Position numbers and translations under genes: made by a program
From: Patescibacteria group bacterium
GTDB lineage: Bacteria; Patescibacteriota; Patescibacteriia; UBA11705; DATKZF01
Assembly (NCBI GenBank): GCA_049319825.1
Contig: JBMORT010000009.1
Coordinates: forward strand, 131,349-195,348
Length of the DNA stretch: 64,000 nt
Reading direction: 5' to 3'
Shown: positions 57,800 to 64,000 of the stretch, piece after piece
Layout of the letters: each line of letters begins with the position of its first letter
Numbering within the stretch: the first letter of the stretch is position 1
The notes under the pieces: model-generated
What the model was told of the DNA's origin: nothing
What the model saw: only the letters and a program-made list of their open reading frames with translations
Database searches by the model: none

Positions 57800-57888
57800 T
57801 ATATTGTGCCAAATAAAAAAAGGCCTGTCAAGAGCGCGGTGAAGAAATCAGAAACCGGAAATTGAAAACCGGGTCCTAGAGCTGCCGC

Positions 57889-58935
57889 CTATAAAACAAA
57901 TGGCAGCCGGACACCGCACTTTGGACAGACTTTTTTATTTTTGTACATCTTTTCAATAATATACCCTTTGCGGGAAATTAATAACTCCCCGCATTCGGCG
58001 CAATTCGTGTTTTCAAATTTAGACGTTTTCAAATTGCCCGAATAAACGAAGCGCAGATCATTGTCTTTGGCGATATTTATGGCATTCTCAATGCTGGATT
58101 CGTTTGTCGGCAGCGCTCCAACCATTTTGTGGGCCGGATAAAATGCCGAAAGATGCCATGGCGTTTCATTACCCAAATCAAAACGAATAAATTTCGCCAT
58201 GGCCGATATCTCTTCGTCCGAATCGTTTAATTGCGGAATGATCAGAGTGGTTACTTCAAGATGAATATTCGACTTGGCCACCCGAATCAAACTGTCTTTG
58301 ACATGTTTTAATCTCGCGCCGCAAACCTGCTGATACTTATCTTCCGTAAAAAATTTTAAATCTATGTTAATCGCGTCTAAATAAGGCTCGATGAGATGAA
58401 AAGTTTCTTTGGAAAAATAGCCGTTGGAAACCCAAACATTGGCCAACCCCTGTTTTTTTGCCTCCTTCATTACCTCGAGAGCGTATTCGATGTATATTGT
58501 CGGTTCGGTGTAAGTATAAGCAATGCTTTGGCAATTCATGCTTTTGGCGGAATTAACAATTTGCCACGGCGCGACCTCTTCTCCGGGAATTTCTTCCAGC
58601 GGGCTTACCTGAGAAATGGAATAATTTTGACAATGAAGACAGCGAAAATTACAGCCGACGCAGGCGATCGAGTAGGCGAGCGATCCGGGCAAAAAATGAA
58701 ACAGCGGTTTTTTTTCGATCGGATCAATATTTTGCGAAATTATTTTACCGTAATTCAAACTGAAAAGCCGGCCGTCCATGTTTTGTCTGACCTGGCATAG
58801 GCCTCGCTGGCCAGGATTGATCAGGCAGCCGTGCAGGCAATTATAGCATCTAATCGTGGTCTTTTTGGCGTCGCGCCAATTTATGGCTGGCTTCATATTT
58901 ACATTGATGCGAAAAAGTCGTATAATCAACTTCAT
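57889..58935 (-). CDS. Radical SAM enzyme, PflA/PflX-like (AmmeMemoRadiSam-system type).
   Basis: 'CVGCNFRCLHCQN' C-x3-C-x2-C, preceded by an N-terminal Cys cluster 'CYNCLHGC...GLC'. Confidence 0.6.
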   Translation of the reverse strand: MKLIIRLFRINVNMKPAINWRDAKKTTIRCYNCLHGCLINPGQRGLCQVRQNMDGRLFSLNYGKIISQNIDPIEKKPLFHFLPGSLAYSIACVGCNFRCLHCQNYSISQVSPLEEIPGEEVAPWQIVNSAKSMNCQSIAYTYTEPTIYIEYALEVMKEAKKQGLANVWVSNGYFSKETFHLIEPYLDAINIDLKFFTEDKYQQVCGARLKHVKDSLIRVAKSNIHLEVTTLIIPQLNDSDEEISAMAKFIRFDLGNETPWHLSAFYPAHKMVGALPTNESSIENAINIAKDNDLRFVYSGNLKTSKFENTNCAECGELLISRKGYIIEKMYKNKKVCPKCGVRLPFVL

Positions 58936-59041
58936 CTATATTTTAACAAATTGATGGTATAATGAGAATAGGGTAGTCGGGCGGCAGGACTTCATTGGAT
59001 TTTCTTTATTATTCAGCTGGCTCGCCACTGACGACCTAAAA

Positions 59042-59584
59042 TTGATTCTAATTCATATGCGCTGTTTTATTGCCATTGAAATTCCAGAAGATATCAAATC
59101 CAAAATTGAAGAATTTTTAACGCCGCTCAGATCGGTCAATTCGAATAATAAAATAAAATGGGTGGATAGCCGCAACATTCATTTGACCTGGCAATTTATT
59201 GGCGAATTGGATTTTAATAGCGTGGCGGAATTAAAAAAATCATTGGCTCAAATAAAATTCGCGCCGTTTGAGATCGGGTTTGATAATAAATTAAGCTTTT
59301 TTCCGAATCAGTTTAGACCAAATGTCATCAAATTGGACGTAGTCGACCAGCGAGGGGAGCTCAAGCGCATAAATTCGCTGATTCGCGAGCAGCTGGATAA
59401 AATCAAAATCGAATATGACCGCAAACCTTTCTTGGCGCATATTACTTTAGGCCGAATAAAATATTTTAGCGGCGATTTTAAGCGATTAATTTTACCATCG
59501 TTTTTATCATTTACTGTCGATCGATTCGACTTGTATTGCAGCGACCTGACCGCCGACGGACCGATTCACACAAAATTGACATAG
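59042..59584 (+). CDS. thpR: RNA 2',3'-cyclic phosphodiesterase (2H phosphoesterase, LigT/ThpR family).
   Basis: Two H-x-T/S-x motifs: 'HLTWQF' and 'HITLGR'. Confidence 0.75.
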   Translation: MILIHMRCFIAIEIPEDIKSKIEEFLTPLRSVNSNNKIKWVDSRNIHLTWQFIGELDFNSVAELKKSLAQIKFAPFEIGFDNKLSFFPNQFRPNVIKLDVVDQRGELKRINSLIREQLDKIKIEYDRKPFLAHITLGRIKYFSGDFKRLILPSFLSFTVDRFDLYCSDLTADGPIHTKLT

Positions 59585-59631
59585 CTTATTTTTCACTTGG
59601 CTTTAGACATTTTATTTATTAATTTTTACGC

Positions 59632-60840
59632 ATGCCCTCAATACGCAAAAATCAGCCGGTGATTCTCGGGGTTGGCATCGCCAATCTCGATCTGGAGCAA
59701 TCCGTAGATAAAATTCGGTCATTTTTAATTTCCGGCAGAAAACACACGATTTTCACCCCCAATCCGGAAATTTGCCACGCAGCTTCGAAAAATGATCACT
59801 ACCGAAAAATATTAAATTCATCCAGCTTGAATATTGCCGACGGGTTTGGGTTAAAAATCGGTGGCTTGATATTGGGACAGAAAGTTTTGCATCGAGTCAC
59901 CGGAATTGATTTGACCTGGCGAATAATTGATTTGGCCGCGGCCAATCATTATAAAATCATGCTTTTGGGGGGAATGGGGGACACGGCGCGTCTGGCGGCT
60001 GACAAAATTAAAGAGCAATATCCAAACATTGAAATTGTCGGCGCCGCTTCGGGCATTGAGATTCAAATCGAACATGGCCGAATCGTTTATAATATTGAAC
60101 AAAACCAAAAATTGACAAAGCTGATAAACCGCGCCGCGCCCGATATTTTACTGGTCGCCTTTGGCGCGCCCAAGCAGGAATCTTGGATTTTTGAAAACAT
60201 CGGTAAGCTAAATTCCATCCGGCTGGCCGTAGGCGTGGGCGGCACGCTGGACTTTATCGCCGGAAATGCCAAGCGGGCACCGCAGTGGCTGAGAAAAATC
60301 GGCTGCGAATGGCTGTATCGATTAATCAAGGAGCCGCGCCGATGGCGTAGAATTTTTGCGGCCATCGTGTTGTTCCCGGCGACTTGCATCAAATGGCGCT
60401 GGCGCTGGTTATATAAATATCGACCGAACATTGCCAGCATCATCTACAATTGCCAAAATCAAATTCTGCTGATATTTAATCCCAGGTTTCATTACTGGAC
60501 ATTGCCGCAGGGCGGCATTGGTCCCGGAGAAAACATTCCCGTGGCTTCACTTCGTGAAATCAGGGAGGAAATTGGCATGGATTCAAATGATTTAGAATTC
60601 ATCAAAATCATTCCATCAGTTTATTCATACGATTGGCCCAGGGAATTTAGAAATTTTCGTCCATACAAAGGGCAACGGCAAAAATTCATCTGCTGGAGAT
60701 TCACCAAACCCGCGCAATATTTCCATTTTAAAAAATCAGATGAAGTGGCCGGAGTCAAATGGGTGGGCAAGGATGAGTTATTAAGCGCTCTGCCAAAAGT
60801 GCGTCGAGAATCAATAAAAAAAATTTTTAGCTATCTTTAA
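59632..60840 (+). CDS. Fusion protein: N-terminal WecB/TagA/CpsF (GT26) glycosyltransferase domain plus C-terminal Nudix hydrolase domain.
   Basis: GT26 motifs: 'IFTPNPE', 'LLVAFGAPKQESWI', 'GNAKRAPQWLRKIGCEWLYRLIKEPRR'. Nudix box: 'GGIGPGENIPVASLREIREEIG'. Confidence 0.7.
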   Translation: MPSIRKNQPVILGVGIANLDLEQSVDKIRSFLISGRKHTIFTPNPEICHAASKNDHYRKILNSSSLNIADGFGLKIGGLILGQKVLHRVTGIDLTWRIIDLAAANHYKIMLLGGMGDTARLAADKIKEQYPNIEIVGAASGIEIQIEHGRIVYNIEQNQKLTKLINRAAPDILLVAFGAPKQESWIFENIGKLNSIRLAVGVGGTLDFIAGNAKRAPQWLRKIGCEWLYRLIKEPRRWRRIFAAIVLFPATCIKWRWRWLYKYRPNIASIIYNCQNQILLIFNPRFHYWTLPQGGIGPGENIPVASLREIREEIGMDSNDLEFIKIIPSVYSYDWPREFRNFRPYKGQRQKFICWRFTKPAQYFHFKKSDEVAGVKWVGKDELLSALPKVRRESIKKIFSYL

Positions 60841-60873
60841 TAATTACGGCATTCATTTTAAATTTATAAAATG

Positions 60874-60900
60874 AAACCATCAGCGATGCTGATGGTTTCT
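60874..60900 (+). terminator. Hairpin terminator after the GT26-Nudix gene.
   Basis: aaaccatcagc-gat-gctgatggttt; weak T-tract. Confidence 0.4.
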
Positions 60901-61046
60901 GTCTTAGGGACTACGGTTAGTTTGGTTGATGCGCCCTACTTGGGTAAATAATGACATGGTCCGGGAGGGCGCCAAGTACCCAAACCTCGCCAGGCGAACA
61001 AAATCGTCACTTCGCCTTCGAGGTTCGGCCAGATGATTTTTGGCAA

Positions 61047-61083
61047 ATAATAAAATCCCCCATTTTTCTTTAGAAATGGGGGA
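61047..61083 (-). terminator. Intrinsic terminator of the GC-rich gene (minus strand).
   Basis: 10-bp stem tcccccattt/aaatggggga, followed on the minus strand by a U-rich run. Confidence 0.5.
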
Positions 61084-61091
61084 TGAAAAAA

Positions 61092-62495
61092 TTATTTGGT
61101 GAAGAGGTTTTCGAACTGCTCGAACGTCCTCTCGTGCCGAGTCTTCTTTCGGCCGCCCCGCTCCTGACGGCCGTTCTTTTTGGCATTGTCCGCGGCCATG
61201 TCAAAGAGGCTGGCCACGAGCTTGCTCGTTTCACACACCGCGGCCGCGCGCCGGTTTTTGGCCGCCTCACGCCGGCTGATGTGGAGAAGGGCCGAGCTCA
61301 AAGGATGAGCCACGACCCGCTGCGGGACATGGGTCTTGCTCCGCTTGTCCCAGCGCGTCTCGGTCTGGCCGAGCTGGTCGGACACATAGTCCGCCAATGC
61401 CATACCGAGCTCCCGTGGGACCACGAGGTACAGCTCGCGGCCGCCATCCTCAACCTTGAGGAGCGTCAGCTCCTCCTGATTGCCGAGAATGGACTGATCG
61501 TAGATCAGCCCGATGTCTTCGGCCATCCGAGCCGCCGCGGCCGGACGGAGCGACTTTTCGTCGTAGTACCTCTCATACTCATCGGCCCCGGGCTCGAGGC
61601 TGAGGATTCGGCTCCGCTCCTTATCCGCCAGGATTTCCTGGACGGTCTTGGCGAACCCGCCCTCGATGAGCCGCTTGAGGATCGGCTGCGCCATGTCGGA
61701 GAGGCGCTGGCCGAAGCGATGGTACACCAGCGCTTTCGGCAGTCCGCTGTACCGGAAGCCGAGTCGGCTGGCCCGGACCGCGATGGGACTGGAAACGAGC
61801 ATGTACCGGTCCTCGCCGTCGCTTTCGTCCGGGATCGTGACGAGACCGTACGGAAATCCGTCCCAGCGCTCGATCATCTGACGCGGCACACCGTCGTGCG
61901 CCAGCTCTTCGGCGCGCTTTTTCAGCGCGTCTTCGTCTCGCACGACGATCGTCTCGAAGTCCGGCTTTTCCCGGTTATCGAGATCGAACTCGACCGTGTA
62001 GACCTTTTCCGGGAAATGCTTGAGCAGATCCCGTCTGGTCCACAGGCCGTCGGCGCCGAGCTCCTCGATGAGCTGACGCAATTGACGGTCGCGCCGGCCG
62101 TCGTAGCTGAAGACGGCCTGTGGGAACGTGCTGACTGACAGCTCCTTGCGGAGCGCCCGTCTCGCGTATTCCAGGGCGCCGCTTCGGTGCCCTTCACATA
62201 CGACATACGGGAAATCCTTGTCAAACGAATACGCCGCCGGATCCTTGGGGTCCAGCTGCTGGCAGCCGGGCACCATGCACCGGACGTGCCCATCGCTGAT
62301 CAGTTCGCCGAAGGACAGAATCTGTCCCTCCGGCGTTTTCAGCCCGTAGAATTCCTTGTTAATTCCCTTAAAGGAGCACACCTTGTGCCCCTTGAGTCCG
62401 ACGTGGGACAAGACCACGCCGTTCTTGTCACACGGATCGCCGAGCGAACAGACGTACGCCAGAGTTGCTTCCTTCGCCACCTTATTCGTACTCAT
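61092..62495 (-). CDS. Hypothetical protein encoded in a visibly GC-rich ~1.7-kb segment, with N-terminal Cys/His clusters and a basic C-terminus.
   Basis: Intact 467-codon ORF whose composition contrasts sharply with the flanks. A long antisense ORF (61083..62138) is the expected high-GC shadow. Motifs 'CSLGDPCDKNG', 'HKVCSF', 'HVRCMVPGC', 'CEGH'. Confidence 0.5.
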   Translation of the reverse strand: MSTNKVAKEATLAYVCSLGDPCDKNGVVLSHVGLKGHKVCSFKGINKEFYGLKTPEGQILSFGELISDGHVRCMVPGCQQLDPKDPAAYSFDKDFPYVVCEGHRSGALEYARRALRKELSVSTFPQAVFSYDGRRDRQLRQLIEELGADGLWTRRDLLKHFPEKVYTVEFDLDNREKPDFETIVVRDEDALKKRAEELAHDGVPRQMIERWDGFPYGLVTIPDESDGEDRYMLVSSPIAVRASRLGFRYSGLPKALVYHRFGQRLSDMAQPILKRLIEGGFAKTVQEILADKERSRILSLEPGADEYERYYDEKSLRPAAAARMAEDIGLIYDQSILGNQEELTLLKVEDGGRELYLVVPRELGMALADYVSDQLGQTETRWDKRSKTHVPQRVVAHPLSSALLHISRREAAKNRRAAAVCETSKLVASLFDMAADNAKKNGRQERGGRKKTRHERTFEQFENLFTK

Positions 62496-62814
62496 TTAAT
62501 TTCTCCATGTCGGGATCGCTCCCGAAATGTTGGGCCAGGTTGGCCCATTATTAAAAGAACACCATAAAGATGCGCCAGCGCTACTTGCGCCGAAGCATCA
62601 ACGAACAATTTATTATATCATATCAAATTAAAAAAGTCAATCATGCGCTGTAAATTACCTAAATTTAGACAATAATTGATTAAAACAGTTCTTAATGCAT
62701 AAATAACAATGTTTTATACACTCATTGGCGGCCGAATATTTATCCGCCTTGTTTCTTTACATCAGCGGTGAAATCGGGTAAAATAGATACATTAATTACC
62801 TACATAACTTATTT

Positions 62815-64000
62815 ATGGGCAACAATTCCCAAGCAAAAATCAGAGTCAGAATCGCGCCCAGTCCGACAGGATTCGTCCATATCGGCAATTTACGCACAAT
62901 TTTGTATAATTACTTAATGGCCAAAAATCATGACGGCACATTTTTGGTCAGAATCGAAGATACCGATCGCTCCAGATATGTTGACGGCGCCGTGGAAAAT
63001 ATGCTTTCCGTACTTAAGTGGGCAGACATAGATTATGACGAAGGTCCCTTTCTAACACCTAAAAACGCCATTGCCGAGAAAGGGGAGAATGGCCCATATT
63101 TTCAATCGAAACGCTTGGATGTTTATCATCATCATATCAAGGAGCTGATTGACAGCGGCAAGGCCTATTATTGTTTTTGTTCCAAAGAAAGGCTGGATAA
63201 TTTGCGATCCGAGCAAACCGCCAATAAAATGCCACCCAAATATGACGGCTGCTGCCGCCATTTAAGCCGGCAAGATGTTCAAAAAAAATTAAGCCAAAAC
63301 ATTCCTCATGTTGTCAGATTTAAAATGCCTGAAAATAAAGAGATACTGATCGCTGATCTAATCCGGGGCGAAATAAGAGTCAATTCCAATGATCTTGACG
63401 ATTACGTGTTGATTAAATCGGACAAATTTCCAACATATCATTTCGCGAACGTTGTCGATGATCATTTGATGAAAATCACCCACGTACTGAGAGGCGACGA
63501 ATGGATACCCAGCACTCCCAAGCATGTTTTGCTTTACGAAGCGTTCGCATGGCCGGCGCCGGTTTTCGCGCACCTGCCTCAGCTGATAAACAAACAAAAG
63601 AAAAAGTTGTCCAAGCGCGATGGCTCAGCATCTGTCAATGATTATATCGATCGCGGCTATCTGCCGGACGCGCTGATTAATTTTATCGCCTTGCTTGGGT
63701 GGAATCCGGGATCCGATCAGGAAATTTTCACGAGAAATGAAATGATCAAGCAATTTGATTTATCTCGGGTTCATAAAGCGGCCGCCGTATTTGACACAGA
63801 CAAACTGGATTGGATGAACAGCTATTACATTCGACAACTGGATGCTGATAAATTTTTGGGATTGGCCGCGCCTTTTTTAATAAAAGCGGAATTAATTAAA
63901 ACCAGCGGCGCTAATTATAAAATTCTAGAAACCAATGAGCGACTGAGCGCCGCCAATCTCAAAACGATCTTGACGCTGGAACAGCCACGAATCAAAAAAA
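62815..64000 (+). CDS. gltX: Glutamyl-tRNA synthetase, 3'-truncated by the window edge.
   Basis: 'RIAPSPTGFVHIGNLRTILYNYLMAKNHDGTFLVRIEDTDRSR' (HIGN motif) and 'KKKLSKRDG' (KMSKS). Confidence 0.85.
   Translation, partial: MGNNSQAKIRVRIAPSPTGFVHIGNLRTILYNYLMAKNHDGTFLVRIEDTDRSRYVDGAVENMLSVLKWADIDYDEGPFLTPKNAIAEKGENGPYFQSKRLDVYHHHIKELIDSGKAYYCFCSKERLDNLRSEQTANKMPPKYDGCCRHLSRQDVQKKLSQNIPHVVRFKMPENKEILIADLIRGEIRVNSNDLDDYVLIKSDKFPTYHFANVVDDHLMKITHVLRGDEWIPSTPKHVLLYEAFAWPAPVFAHLPQLINKQKKKLSKRDGSASVNDYIDRGYLPDALINFIALLGWNPGSDQEIFTRNEMIKQFDLSRVHKAAAVFDTDKLDWMNSYYIRQLDADKFLGLAAPFLIKAELIKTSGANYKILETNERLSAANLKTILTLEQPRIKK

Noticed and set aside
61083-62138. 351-aa ORF on the + strand
   Set aside because: It lies entirely antisense to the GC-rich 467-aa gene. 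Long shadow ORFs are expected in high-GC coding DNA. It has no start context and a Pro/Arg/Ala-rich low-complexity translation.
1-64000. Alternative genetic code (UGA recoding, as in some CPR lineages)
   Set aside because: tRNA-Trp has a CCA anticodon. Long conserved genes (clpB, res, mod, priA) are uninterrupted under the standard code. No suppressor-type tRNA was seen.

Overview
This 64-kb window reads as a chromosomal segment of a small-genome, moderately AT-rich bacterium. The gene content looks most like a Candidate Phyla Radiation / Patescibacteria-type organism: many short genes, two dense glycosyltransferase clusters with DUF2304-like and O-antigen-ligase-like membrane proteins, divergent Prs and PriA, and a tRNA-Thr–rpmG arrangement. 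That assignment is inference from gene content only. The standard code appears to be in use: tRNA-Trp carries a CCA anticodon and long ORFs such as clpB terminate normally. Housekeeping genes recognised: clpB (with a CIRCE-like operator), priA-def-fmt, rlmN, msrA, prs, queA, a SpoU-type methyltransferase, rpmG, tRNA-Thr(UGU), tRNA-Trp(CCA), thpR, and a 3'-truncated gltX. The main accessory feature is a visibly AT-richer ~7.5-kb defence island at 40.6-47.8 kb. It holds a PD-(D/E)XK nuclease-fold gene directly upstream of a Type III mod gene, then an interrupted AbiJ-like HEPN gene and an unknown gene inserted between mod and res. Other accessory features are a visibly GC-rich single-gene insertion (60.9-62.6 kb), a presenilin/signal-peptide-peptidase (A22) type intramembrane protease homologue preceded by a leaderless 50-codon membrane peptide, a WecB/TagA–Nudix fusion, a standalone LigD phosphoesterase-domain gene, and dispersed AMMECR1 / PflX-like radical SAM / LigB-fold genes. 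There are two families of short dispersed intergenic repeats, and a promoter/terminator-bounded ~235-nt non-coding locus with SRP-RNA-like sequence motifs whose strand I cannot resolve. No CRISPR array, transposase or integrase was recognised. All coordinates come from manual counting; several CDS starts were moved from the ORF-track start to the first start codon preceded by a Shine-Dalgarno-like sequence.
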